A stretch of 64,000 nt of DNA from Phycisphaerales bacterium (GTDB taxonomy: Bacteria; Planctomycetota; Phycisphaerae; Phycisphaerales; UBA1924): assembly GCA_016793015.1 (NCBI GenBank), contig JAEUJD010000116.1:6691-70690 (forward strand), written 5' to 3'. The notes under the pieces are model-generated. The model was not told where the DNA came from. It did not search any database and saw only the letters and a list, made by a program, of their open reading frames with translations. Made by a program: the position numbers and the translations under genes. Position 1 is the stretch's first letter; each line of letters opens with the position of its first letter. Positions 28,823 to 37,722 of the stretch are shown here, piece by piece.

Positions 28823-29786
28823 GCGCCGTCGCCGATTCCCAGGTCTTCCCGAGCACCTGCTCGGCATACCGGTTCATCGAGTCGCGCAGCTGCTCGAAAC
28901 TCTCCAGGACGTAGTAGATCGGCTGGAAGTGATCGATCTCAAAGTCGGTGTTGCAGACACGCTCCATGTCGAAAGGGCGCCACTCCGCGACCGGCCGCTC
29001 GATGCAATCCGGTGCGCTCCGGCCCTTCTCTTCCCAAGCACCCTTGAGCGCGTACTCGCTCTCGCTGTGACTGCTGACAAGCCCGCTGCCGTAGATCTTG
29101 ACCTTCCCGTCCTCCTTGATCAACCCGAATTCAACCGTGAACCAGAACAGCCGCCCCAGCCGCTTGATGTGTTCTTCATCTTCGCACAGCAGCGACGCCT
29201 TGCCGTAGGTCTGAAGGAAGTCCGCGAACACCTTCAGCGCATGCAGCGGCACATGCCCGAACACATCATGGAAAATGTCCGGCTCGGGCAGATAGTCCAT
29301 CACTTCGCGCGGGCGGATCAGCACCGTCGTCGGAAACTCGCGCTGCGCGAGGCACGCGAAAAACGCCTTCGCCGGCAAATACCCGGGCACCCCGTACGAA
29401 GCCCAGTTCGATTGCGCACGCAGGAACTTGTTGATCCCGTCGATCTTCGTTCCTTTCGCCAGCTTCACGCCCCCGGCGATCTCAATCTCGCGGTCCAGCA
29501 CCACGTCGTCGAGCAGTGGCAGCCGATCCCGCGTCAGCCGCAGGATCTTCATCCCATCAATGAACTGCCCGCTCACCTGCTTCTCGAGCACGCTCCAGCG
29601 CCGATCAAACAAGTCACGCCAGACGTCATGATCCTGCGCCGTGTACTTCGTGTAGTGTTGCGTGATGTAGAACCGATCCGCATCAATGTCCTGATGGTGC
29701 ATCTCCGGCGCGCGATCCGCGATCGCCTGAGCCTGCTTTGCCTCGTCGGAATCGATGATGTTGTTGTAGCGAATTTCCTGACGCAT
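28812..29786 (-). CDS. phhA: Phenylalanine-4-hydroxylase (aromatic amino acid hydroxylase)
   Basis: PDIFHDVFGHVPLH, FWFTVEFGL, YGSGLVSSHSE (the His-His-Glu iron triad context). Confidence 0.85.
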   Translation of the reverse strand: MRQEIRYNNIIDSDEAKQAQAIADRAPEMHHQDIDADRFYITQHYTKYTAQDHDVWRDLFDRRWSVLEKQVSGQFIDGMKILRLTRDRLPLLDDVVLDREIEIAGGVKLAKGTKIDGINKFLRAQSNWASYGVPGYLPAKAFFACLAQREFPTTVLIRPREVMDYLPEPDIFHDVFGHVPLHALKVFADFLQTYGKASLLCEDEEHIKRLGRLFWFTVEFGLIKEDGKVKIYGSGLVSSHSESEYALKGAWEEKGRSAPDCIERPVAEWRPFDMERVCNTDFEIDHFQPIYYVLESFEQLRDSMNRYAEQVLGKTWESATALSR

Positions 29787-29884
29787 GAACTGCTCCGTCG
29801 CTGGTCTTCGTCACGCCGCGATCGAGGGCACTGTATCCAAAGCCTCCGCGTTGCTTCGTCCGCCCGGGACCCGGCCGGTTTCCG

Positions 29885-29919
29885 ACAAAAATAGCATGGG
29901 CCGCATTGACTGCGGCCCA
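29885..29919 (-). terminator. Rho-independent terminator (minus strand)
   Basis: 9-bp stem TGGGCCGCA-ttgac-TGCGGCCCA. On the minus strand it is followed by TGCTATTTTTG. Confidence 0.55.
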
Positions 29920-30337
29920 CGCCAGGTCAGAGGCGCGCAAACGCCCCTTTATGTACGGGATGGACGAGACGGACGGGAAATCGGAACTGGCTGCGCAACC
30001 GGCCCAGGCGATGCTTCGCCGATCAGCCCATCTAGAAAACGGCGAAGCCGACCCATGAGCGCGCGCAGCATGATGGTTTTCCTCCCTTCGTCCGCCATCG
30101 GCGGACGTCCCTTGATTCCCGAATCCCGGCCGTGCGCGGCACATGCGGAAAAACATGCCGCCCGGATTCGCCGAATCCCTCGTCTCTCGATCCAGAGACT
30201 ACCGCTCCCCTTCCCTGAAACGCAAGCAAAATCCCGCCACCCGTCTCATGTTCGTGTCGCGTCAGGTACTCCGTTTGCCCTCTTGTATATAGACGTCTGA
30301 AAACCGGCACCAGGGTCGGGGCGGTGTCGTCTCGCGT

Positions 30338-31663
30338 CTACCAGCGCTGAGAGCCGTTTTCGGCCCACCGGGCAAAGCAGCGCCAAGCCTCCTTTTCGGA
30401 GATCGCCTGTTCCGGCGCGATCGCCACCGGATCGCCGATTCGCCCCCGCCCGACCGCTGCTTGGATGCTGTCGCCGGGTTCCGCGCGCACCACCGGAACA
30501 TCGCTTCCAAACAGCAGAGTCTTTCCGGGTTCGAGCCCCGAATGAATCAGATCGCGCCACGGCATGACGCGGTGCAGCTGATCCCGCAATCCGGTCCGAA
30601 GCGCCTCAATATCCGCAAGCAGATGGCACGGCTGCACGCTCGCGATCGCTCCCAGCTCGGCAAACCGGGGCACATCCGCTTCGTCGATCAGTTCGCAGTG
30701 TTCGATGCGCACCCGCTCGCGGCTCCCCGGCGATGCCCTTTGCCCCTTTGCCTGAATCGCATCGAGGCACGCCCTTACTGCGCCGTCTCCGATCGCGTGC
30801 ATCGCGATGCCAAGCCCGAGTGCGCCGCACCGTTCGATCGCATCGCCGATCCGCCCGGGGTTCATCAATGGCTTGCCGTGTTCGAGTCCGGGCGGCGCAT
30901 CCGCGAACGGATGGAGCACCCACGCCGTGCGGCTGTTCAGCGTTCCATCCGCAAAGATCTTTCCCCCCGCAAGGCGGAGAAGATCCGTTTCCCACGCCGA
31001 TCGCCCGTTGTGGGCCGCTTCGATCTCCTCGAGCGGAACAAACAAATCGACTCGCATCGGAGCCGGGCGCCGGAGATTCAACTGCTTGAGCAGCGGCCCG
31101 AGCCACGCCGGGGCAAAGAGTTCGTGCACTTCGCTGAACCCAAGCCCCTCCAGATGGTCGAGCGCGCGCGAAATCTGGTCCGCCCGCGCCGATTCAGGCG
31201 GTTCGGGTGCCAGACCCCAGATCGCAAACGCCGCCGCCTCGAGCAGCAATCCGGTCGGCTCACCCAGGCGGTCCTTTTCGATGATTCCGCCAGCCGGATC
31301 GGGGGTTCCCCTGTGAATCCCGGCCTTTTCCAGTGCCGCCGAATTCGCAAAGACCGCATGGTGGTCGAACGACATCGCCAGGGTGGGGGTCTCCCCGGTC
31401 ACACGGTCGAGTTCGGCCCTGCCAAACCACCGTCCCTCTCGCCACCCAAGCACCCGGGCGGAATGTGATTGGACCCAGCCCCCGCGAGCTCCTTCCGCGC
31501 GTGCCGATGCGGCGCGAACAGCGATGCGATCGAGCGCTTCACCCGCGCTCCCGCACCCTTCAAGCGAAAGCATGTCGAGAGCGCGACCGAGCCAGGGCAG
31601 GTGCGCGTGCGCCTCCCGCAGGTTGCTCGGATGTGATTGATCATTCAAGACTTGCGCATCCAT
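30338..31663 (-). CDS. Amidohydrolase-family metal-dependent hydrolase (Amidohydro_3/YtcJ-like)
   Basis: EAHAHL (HxH), IAMHAIGDGAV, RIEHCELI, SVQPCHL, FGSDVPV. Appears shorter at the N-terminus than typical family members. Confidence 0.7.
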   Translation of the reverse strand: MDAQVLNDQSHPSNLREAHAHLPWLGRALDMLSLEGCGSAGEALDRIAVRAASARAEGARGGWVQSHSARVLGWREGRWFGRAELDRVTGETPTLAMSFDHHAVFANSAALEKAGIHRGTPDPAGGIIEKDRLGEPTGLLLEAAAFAIWGLAPEPPESARADQISRALDHLEGLGFSEVHELFAPAWLGPLLKQLNLRRPAPMRVDLFVPLEEIEAAHNGRSAWETDLLRLAGGKIFADGTLNSRTAWVLHPFADAPPGLEHGKPLMNPGRIGDAIERCGALGLGIAMHAIGDGAVRACLDAIQAKGQRASPGSRERVRIEHCELIDEADVPRFAELGAIASVQPCHLLADIEALRTGLRDQLHRVMPWRDLIHSGLEPGKTLLFGSDVPVVRAEPGDSIQAAVGRGRIGDPVAIAPEQAISEKEAWRCFARWAENGSQRW

Positions 31664-32262
31664 GCCTCGATTGTTGGTTGCACGCTTTCAGGGGTCAGCG
31701 GGACTTCAACCTCCACGCGCTCAACGCCCGTCCGCGTGCGAACATCAAGCCCGAGATCATCCACACCCACCGCTTTGGGTTCGATCGTGCTCCTGCCTGA
31801 CAATTTCAGAACAAGTGCGCCGAGCGCACCGGCATCCGCGTTCAGAAGTCGGCACAAGCGCGGCTCTTCCTTCGCCAACGGGTTCGCCAGGAAAAAATTT
31901 TCGATTTGCAACCTTCGGAGCGCCCATTTCACGTCAATCGGGCGCATCGCGACGAATTTCGCGCCCTCTGCGCGACCGTGATAGATGAGCAACCGGTCGC
32001 ACGCCGCGTCACGATTCGCATCGAGCACGCGACACTCGGCCATCAACTGAAGCGAGCCGCGCGACTCGTCCGGCACGTGCAGCACGACCGACTCGGCGTC
32101 TTCCAGCGAGGGCGGCAGCGCCGCAACAAACTCGCCCGAGATCGGATCGATCACGATGTTGCGCCGGTGAACGACCTCATCAACCGTGATGATCGCCGTG
32201 TAGTGACGGCGCGCAAATCGGACCGGGTCGGTGGTGGAATCTGTATCAGAAGTGTTCGTCAC
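31645..32262 (-). CDS. Hypothetical protein, possibly DUF2470/HugZ-like
   Basis: C-terminal AVGVDDLGLDVRTRTGVERVEVEVP resembles the DUF2470 pattern (recalled, not searched). Confidence 0.45.
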   Translation of the reverse strand: MTNTSDTDSTTDPVRFARRHYTAIITVDEVVHRRNIVIDPISGEFVAALPPSLEDAESVVLHVPDESRGSLQLMAECRVLDANRDAACDRLLIYHGRAEGAKFVAMRPIDVKWALRRLQIENFFLANPLAKEEPRLCRLLNADAGALGALVLKLSGRSTIEPKAVGVDDLGLDVRTRTGVERVEVEVPLTPESVQPTIEAWMRKS

Positions 32263-32327
32263 GCGTGCATCTTGGACGAAGCGGGCGCGAAATGCAAATC
32301 GGCCGGAATCGGCCTGAATTCAGGGCC

Positions 32328-32359
32328 AAAACGACAGCGGGGCCGCACAGCGGCCCCGC
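32328..32359 (-). terminator. Candidate terminator downstream of the Lys-rich sORF
   Basis: Perfect 10-bp stem GCGGGGCCGC-aca-GCGGCCCCGC. On the minus strand it is followed by CTGTCGTTTTGG, so the T-tract is offset by 6 nt. Confidence 0.45.
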
Positions 32360-32529
32360 TACGATCGCGAAATTTTGAATGCGGATCAGAACATGCCGGG
32401 TAAGCCGGCCCAACCGTTCACGAATGCAAACGGTCGGTTGCGAGAGGGCTGTGCGCCGCGGCTATTTGGCAGGGACCGCCGCGGCCTCCCTAAACCTCTC
32501 GCTGGGGATATTTCGGTCCCAGCAGCGCG

Positions 32530-32583
32530 TTAGCGCCGCTTGGATTTCTTCTTGCCCTTCTTCTTAGCTTTCTTCTTGGCCAT
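32530..32583 (-). CDS. Lys-rich 17-residue sORF (MAKKKAKKKGKKKSKRR)
   Basis: The ATG lies 9 nt after GAGGAG and the ORF ends at TAA. An in-frame upstream ATG at 32604 would give a 24-aa product (MFEEISL...). Too short to appear in the ORF track. Confidence 0.4.
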   Translation of the reverse strand: MAKKKAKKKGKKKSKRR

Positions 32584-32767
32584 GAGAGAGATCTCCTCAA
32601 ACATGATGTTCGTGCGCCTTGACCGGTCGGATACGCGATAGACCCGAGCGGACGCACGATGAATTATCGGAAGTGTGACAACTTTCTCTTGAGAGTGCAA
32701 GTCAAAATCTCATGCGGACGAAAGTTTTCCACATCGTGCGCGCTTCTCGCGCGTCGCGCAACACCTC

Positions 32768-33280
32768 TTACCTGTCGTTTGCGCGCGCACTGCGCCACTT
32801 CGGCGACTCAAACAGCGAGTCGAGCGCTGTCGTGTTCACCCGGTTGTACTGCGCAAGCGTCTCTCGATCGCTCGCACCCGTCGGAACACGCGCCCGGATG
32901 TTCCCGTTTGCGGGGTTGTACCAGAACTCCGCAAGCTCCGCGCCCACCCGCGCATCAACGGCCCGCACCACCGGGTCTTCCAGGTACGTCTGCTCCGCCG
33001 ATGCGATCTCGATCCACGGACGCCCGCCCGTGATCCACACATTGCGGGGTGGATCATCGCCGAACCATTCCGGATCGATCTTCTTTGGCCAGCCTTCCGC
33101 GCCCTTGAGCGTCTCGAGCATCGCCGCCCGCCGATCAACTTCCCGCTTCAGCCGCACCGTCGCGGATCGCAGCTCGCTCTCGCGCCCCCCCGTCACAACA
33201 CGCTCGTACTGCCACCCGCCTACCACCATCACGCCCAGCAGGAGCGTGATCGCCGCGACGACATTCACGAGTCGGTTCAT
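32768..33280 (-). CDS. Hypothetical N-terminally membrane-anchored protein
   Basis: The ATG follows GGGGGGAG. TM helix MNRLVNVVAAITLLLGVMVVGGW, followed by a coiled-coil-like segment. Confidence 0.5.
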   Translation of the reverse strand: MNRLVNVVAAITLLLGVMVVGGWQYERVVTGGRESELRSATVRLKREVDRRAAMLETLKGAEGWPKKIDPEWFGDDPPRNVWITGGRPWIEIASAEQTYLEDPVVRAVDARVGAELAEFWYNPANGNIRARVPTGASDRETLAQYNRVNTTALDSLFESPKWRSARANDR

Positions 33281-33456
33281 GTTGCTCCCCCCAAATCGGC
33301 CTCCCAAGCCCGACCTCTCGGGTCTCTTTCGGCCTTCCATTCGGAAGACTCTTCCGAAAGTGCCGGCATCCCGGCCCGAAGTGCGCGATCGCAACGCCTG
33401 TGCGGGCCTTTGCCCGAAAAGATTGGTACGATTCGTCCGTCCTTCCGGAGACAGCC

Positions 33457-33645
33457 ATGAATACTCGGACCCAGCAACTTTCCCGTTTCGCTGCCGCCAC
33501 GCTTGGTGCCGCCCTCGGTACCGCTGCGCTGCTCACCCTCTGCACCCTCGTCGGCTGCAGCAGCGCAGGTCAAAGCCAGGTCACCGAGACCGATCGCCCC
33601 GCAGAAGGTGAAGGCTGGGCGGTGCAGGAAGACATGGCCCGCTGA
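33457..33645 (+). CDS. Small lipoprotein-like ORF; looks like a duplicated N-terminal fragment of the downstream FKBP lipoprotein
   Basis: Lipobox LTLCTLVGC. The post-lipobox SSAGQSQVTETDRPAEGEGWAVQEDMA parallels KSGTSEVSPTNRPSDGDGSHVQEQMA in the 33735 gene. Confidence 0.35.
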   Translation: MNTRTQQLSRFAAATLGAALGTAALLTLCTLVGCSSAGQSQVTETDRPAEGEGWAVQEDMAR

Positions 33646-33734
33646 TCTTCACCGATCTCGCCGCCGTCAATACAGTTGCGACGCAGCTCCCGCTTCGGGG
33701 CTGATAGCATCACGCACACACTCCGGAGCCTCGT

Positions 33735-34535
33735 ATGCGACATCGCCGCGCTTTGAATCAATTCTTCCTTTGCCCCATCGTCCTCGCAACTTCCGTCGCC
33801 GTCTTTGGCACCGCCGGTTGCAAGAGCGGCACCAGCGAAGTCAGCCCCACCAATCGCCCCTCCGATGGCGACGGTTCGCATGTTCAAGAGCAGATGGCCG
33901 CCGCGAACGCGCCTCAAGAAGAACGCCGCGCCGAAGCAAACCAGGAATCCGCGGCAGGCGAAGCCGCAAACCGCCAGCTGGCCAACTCCCCGCCTCCCGC
34001 TCCAGCAGCATCCGCCCAACCCGCCGCCACGCCGGCACCCGAAACCAAAAACGATCCAAAGCCCGAGGCCAAAGCCGAAACCAAGCCCGAGGCGAAGGCA
34101 GAACCCAAGCCGGAACCCAAGCCAGAAGCGAAGGCCGAAGCCAAGCCGAACGTCACCTTCCTCAACGCCGACACCGCAACAGCGCTCTCGAGCAAAACCG
34201 CCGACAACGGCCTCGTCATCGAAGAACTGAAAATCGGTGAAGGCGCCGAAGCCAAGTCGGGCGCCGTCGTCACCATCAATTACCACGGCACGCTCAAAGA
34301 AGGTGGCACGCTCGTCGATTCCACCCGAGGCAAGCAGCCCGCAACCTATCCGCTCAATCGACTCATCAAGGGCTGGCAGCAGGGCGTTCCCGGGATGAAG
34401 CCCGGCGGGATCCGCCGCCTCACGATTCCCTCCGCGCTCGCGTATGGCGATGCCGGCCGGCCCCCCGTCATCCCGCCCAAGAGCGATCTGATCTTCATCA
34501 TCGAACTCGTTCAAGTCGTCGAACCCTCAAAGTAA
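33735..34535 (+). CDS. FKBP-type peptidyl-prolyl cis-trans isomerase lipoprotein
   Basis: Lipobox VFGTAGC. Low-complexity linker. FKBP domain VVTINYHGTLKEGGTLVDST...LIKGWQQGVPGMKPGGIRRLTIPSALAYG. Confidence 0.85.
   Translation: MRHRRALNQFFLCPIVLATSVAVFGTAGCKSGTSEVSPTNRPSDGDGSHVQEQMAAANAPQEERRAEANQESAAGEAANRQLANSPPPAPAASAQPAATPAPETKNDPKPEAKAETKPEAKAEPKPEPKPEAKAEAKPNVTFLNADTATALSSKTADNGLVIEELKIGEGAEAKSGAVVTINYHGTLKEGGTLVDSTRGKQPATYPLNRLIKGWQQGVPGMKPGGIRRLTIPSALAYGDAGRPPVIPPKSDLIFIIELVQVVEPSK
34038..34148 (+). repeat. Coding low-complexity K/P/E/A repeat in the FKBP linker
   Basis: PETKNDPKPEAKAETKPEAKAEPKPEPKPEAKAEAKP. Confidence 0.6.
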
Positions 34536-34560
34536 TTCCGTTCCTCAGGAGGACACACAC

Positions 34561-34893
34561 ATGCCCACCACGCCCGGCGGCGTCGAGATTGAGGAAATCA
34601 CCCTAGGAAAGGGTGGCACCGCGACGCTCGATTCGATCGTCATCGTTCACTACCACGGCACGCTCAAGTCGAACGGCAAGGTCTTCGACTCCACCAAGGG
34701 TGGCCAGCCGATCAACTTCCCTCTTGAAGACCTGATCCAGGGTTGGCAAGAGGGCATCCCCGGCATGAAGATCGGCGGCAAGCGCAAGCTCACGATCCCC
34801 TGGGCGCTCGCATACGGCGCAGCAGGTGCTCCGCCCGACATCCCGCCCAAGGCCGATCTCGTCTTTGAGATCGAACTCGTCGGCCTTCAGTAA
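34561..34893 (+). CDS. FKBP-type peptidyl-prolyl cis-trans isomerase (single domain)
   Basis: IVHYHGTLKSNGKVFDST...LIQGWQEGIPGMKIGGKRKLTIPWALAYG. AGGAGG lies upstream of the ATG. Confidence 0.9.
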   Translation: MPTTPGGVEIEEITLGKGGTATLDSIVIVHYHGTLKSNGKVFDSTKGGQPINFPLEDLIQGWQEGIPGMKIGGKRKLTIPWALAYGAAGAPPDIPPKADLVFEIELVGLQ

Positions 34894-36209
34894 TGACCAA
34901 GTCAGAGAACTCGCAACGCGGCGTGCAAAGCCCCTGGTGGGCCAATGCTGGCGTGCGCGCTGCCGCACATGTTGGAAGCCTCGCGATCGTGCTCTACGGC
35001 ACGAACGCGAGCTATCGCATCATGACCGGCACCGAGCCGCTCGACCGGCGCTTCCGCGACTTCTTTGAGTTCTACAGCGGAGCCGAAGCGCTCGTCAAGG
35101 GCACCGATGTTTTTGCCGCGGGCGAACTCGGTTACATCTATCCGCCCCTGCTCGCCACGCTCCTGATGCCGCTCGTAAAACTCGGCATCGCGGGTGCCGG
35201 GCTGGTGTGGCTCATTCTCAATGCGCTTCTGCTGGCGTTCGCCGCGTGGCTCGGAGGCTGGACGGTCGCAACCCGGCTGGGCGTGCCCAAGGCGGCGCCG
35301 CTCGTCACGTTCATCGGCCTTGCCCTCCTCGCCGACAAGTTGTTCGGCGACATGAAGATGCAGCAATCCAACATCCTCATGCTCACCTGCTGGGTCATCG
35401 GCATGTGGGGTCTGGGTCGCCACTGGCTCATCTCGGGCCTCGCGCTCGGCTTTGGCTTCAGCATCAAGTACCTGCCGATCGTCGCGCTGCCGTACTTCGG
35501 CGTTCGGGGGCGTTTCAAGCACGTCGCTGGCCTTGTCGCCGGCGTGCTCTTCTGGGCCATGATCCCCGCGGCATTCATCGGCTGGCAAATGAATACCGAC
35601 CTCTGGCGCGGCGCAACATCCGGCCTCATTCACGCCGGCGATGGCGACTGGAAGACCGATGCAGGCCAAGCCCGCGTCATGAACACCCGCGAGTACGGGA
35701 TCTCGATCACAACCGCCGTTGTACGGACGGCCGATTCACTGGGCCAGCCGAAACTGGGCATGCCGGTCGCTGCGCTGTTGATGGGCGCGACCTTCCTTGC
35801 CGCGTGGTGGGTCTATCGCCGGAATCAGCAGCCGATGTGGCTCGGTCGTTTCGGTGCAGTTGAAGAAAACCGGTGGCCCGTGCTGCTGGTGGAATGGACC
35901 GGCCTGATCGTCGTCACGCTCGCATTCTCGCCCCAGACCAACTCACGCCACCTTGTGCACGCGATGCCGCTCGGTTTCCTGATCGGCGCCGTGATCGTGA
36001 CCGGTCGCAGCGCGGGCGTGCGCCGGCTCGGAATCGCGGCCGCGGCAATCTGGTGGTTCGGCATGGTCCTGCCGCCCTCGATCCCCTCCATGCAGGATGC
36101 GGTCTGGATGTGGAGAAGAGCATCCGGCTCATGCATCTTCATGATCATCGCATGGCTCATCACCGCCGAAGCGGTGTTGCGATCAACAAAATCAACTTAT
36201 TGCCGTTAG
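34893..36209 (+). CDS. Polytopic membrane protein, DUF2029/GT87-like glycosyltransferase
   Basis: GELGYIYPPLLATLLMPL followed by many TM helices. The start overlaps the upstream stop (TAATG). Confidence 0.55.
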   Translation: MTKSENSQRGVQSPWWANAGVRAAAHVGSLAIVLYGTNASYRIMTGTEPLDRRFRDFFEFYSGAEALVKGTDVFAAGELGYIYPPLLATLLMPLVKLGIAGAGLVWLILNALLLAFAAWLGGWTVATRLGVPKAAPLVTFIGLALLADKLFGDMKMQQSNILMLTCWVIGMWGLGRHWLISGLALGFGFSIKYLPIVALPYFGVRGRFKHVAGLVAGVLFWAMIPAAFIGWQMNTDLWRGATSGLIHAGDGDWKTDAGQARVMNTREYGISITTAVVRTADSLGQPKLGMPVAALLMGATFLAAWWVYRRNQQPMWLGRFGAVEENRWPVLLVEWTGLIVVTLAFSPQTNSRHLVHAMPLGFLIGAVIVTGRSAGVRRLGIAAAAIWWFGMVLPPSIPSMQDAVWMWRRASGSCIFMIIAWLITAEAVLRSTKSTYCR

Positions 36210-37348
36210 CCGGCGGGGAACGTCCATTTTCTTCTGAGGACAGTGACGCACGCAGAAACGATCAGTGTGATGCCCGCCGCAAGAAACCATGTTCGCCATG
36301 CGACGGTCCGATCTATGAGCGTCGGTGGCCCGCTCGTCGAGTTCAGAAATTGCGGGGCGACCGGCTTCGCCAACGCCGCGTTGTGAGCGACAAGTCGAGC
36401 GCTTGCCGCTTCATCGATCAAACCGTCTTTGCCTATCACGGATTCGGACCCTTGCCAATGGGCGAGCGGAGCGATATCGCTCCAATGAAACCGTTCCGCC
36501 GAAACTTCCGCAAACAAGGCCCTCGAAAACTTGAACCTGGAGCAGGTCAACGCGTCTTTGTCGGTGCGACTCTCGACCTCCAGAAGCATTTCTTCGGGCT
36601 GCGGTGCCGGATAGAGCGCCGAGCCGAGCGAGCCGGAATAGCGGACACGGAGGAGCACTTCAGGAGACATGCGGGTCACAACTCGGCTAATCGCACCGGA
36701 TTGTTCATCAATATCTATGTCAAAGTCTTCTGGCACCGACGACCGCACGCAGAGCAATCCGTTCTTTTTTTCAAAACGATAATCGTTTCGTTGACTCAAT
36801 TCTGAAATCAAAAGACGAGCGACAAAGCCTGGGGACATGATTGTTGTGGGTGAAAGCCAACGCTTTCCGATGCGATCATCCGTCTGGTATCGCAACGTGA
36901 CGATCTCGGCCCGCTTCGTACGGGATTCTATGAAAAAATCTCTGCTTGCGAGGGTTACATGAACCTTAAGATCTCTTGGACCGAGCAGTTTCGTTATCGA
37001 AGCCGATTCGCGACGCCAGTCTCCCTCCATGCGAATCCAGCTGGTTCCGTCCTCGCGCTCAATCTCCGGATTCGAATCGGTGCTGCCGAGAGCCTCGAGA
37101 GAATTTCCGAGACGACTAAAGTCGTCTCGAAAAGAAACCTTCCAGCCAATTTCAACGGAGGCCACGGCCTCCGAATGCACCGCTATCCCATATGCACGAT
37201 TGAGCGTTTCGAGAATCGCAGCATGGTCAGACGACACGACAGCGCCGCCAGCGCTTACGCAGAGTACGGGAAGCACTCCCCCGATGACGACCAGCATTTT
37301 GAGCCAAATCAAATTGACGCGGCGCGATAAATTCAATCCTCCGTACAT
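36206..37348 (-). CDS. Hypothetical secreted protein with C-terminal TM anchor (cassette 2, large subunit)
   Basis: N-terminal RR plus a hydrophobic signal. C-terminal WFLAAGITLIVSACVTVLRRKWTFPAG. The ATG at 37348 overlaps the end of the upstream Cys-rich gene by 16 nt. Lower G+C. Confidence 0.5.
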   Translation of the reverse strand: MYGGLNLSRRVNLIWLKMLVVIGGVLPVLCVSAGGAVVSSDHAAILETLNRAYGIAVHSEAVASVEIGWKVSFRDDFSRLGNSLEALGSTDSNPEIEREDGTSWIRMEGDWRRESASITKLLGPRDLKVHVTLASRDFFIESRTKRAEIVTLRYQTDDRIGKRWLSPTTIMSPGFVARLLISELSQRNDYRFEKKNGLLCVRSSVPEDFDIDIDEQSGAISRVVTRMSPEVLLRVRYSGSLGSALYPAPQPEEMLLEVESRTDKDALTCSRFKFSRALFAEVSAERFHWSDIAPLAHWQGSESVIGKDGLIDEAASARLVAHNAALAKPVAPQFLNSTSGPPTLIDRTVAWRTWFLAAGITLIVSACVTVLRRKWTFPAG

Positions 37349-37722
37349 GCCGTGGGACAAGGATCGCCCCCTTTCACAAGCGTTATGCTTTTCGGCGACT
37401 CGGGCTGCCATGGCCCAACACAGATTTTGTTTGTGCTGTCCCAAACTCCTATCTTTTCATGGCAGCTCGCGTTCGCGTGCGATGTAACTGTGTTCGCATA
37501 CTTCTTGCCAGCAACTTCTCGCATCGGCGCTTCATCGTTCGCACAACGGCGATGCACGCAGTTGCCATTTGGAAGTTCTTCGTCACCGCTGTCTGTGTCT
37601 ACGCATCCGGACTGGATGCTGTCACCGCAGTCGGGCGGGTTAGAATGTTCATCAGCCAGGGCGAAAGCGCCGGCAAGGGTGGCGGCACATGCGATACCTA
37701 TTCGGGACCTGAGAATTTTCAT
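37333..37722 (-). CDS. Small Cys-rich secreted protein (cassette 2)
   Basis: Signal MKILRSRIGIACAATLAGAFALA. Cys-rich mature part (PPDCGD, SGCVD, GNCVHRRCAN ... DPCPTACTED). An alternative ATG lies at 37737. Confidence 0.5.
   Translation of the reverse strand: MKILRSRIGIACAATLAGAFALADEHSNPPDCGDSIQSGCVDTDSGDEELPNGNCVHRRCANDEAPMREVAGKKYANTVTSHANASCHEKIGVWDSTNKICVGPWQPESPKSITLVKGGDPCPTACTED

Noticed and set aside
29921-30337. Possible known RNA in the hairpin-rich spacer: RNase P, tmRNA, c-di-GMP-I, ZTP or guanidine-I riboswitch.
   Set aside because: Only short partial resemblances were seen, such as GGCAAAC...GACGCGA and CGCCTGGGCC. Hallmark motifs were absent, including GAGGAAAGTCCGGGC for RNase P, a tag ORF plus a tRNA-like end for tmRNA, and the full conserved cores of the riboswitches. 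I left it as an unclassified structured region.
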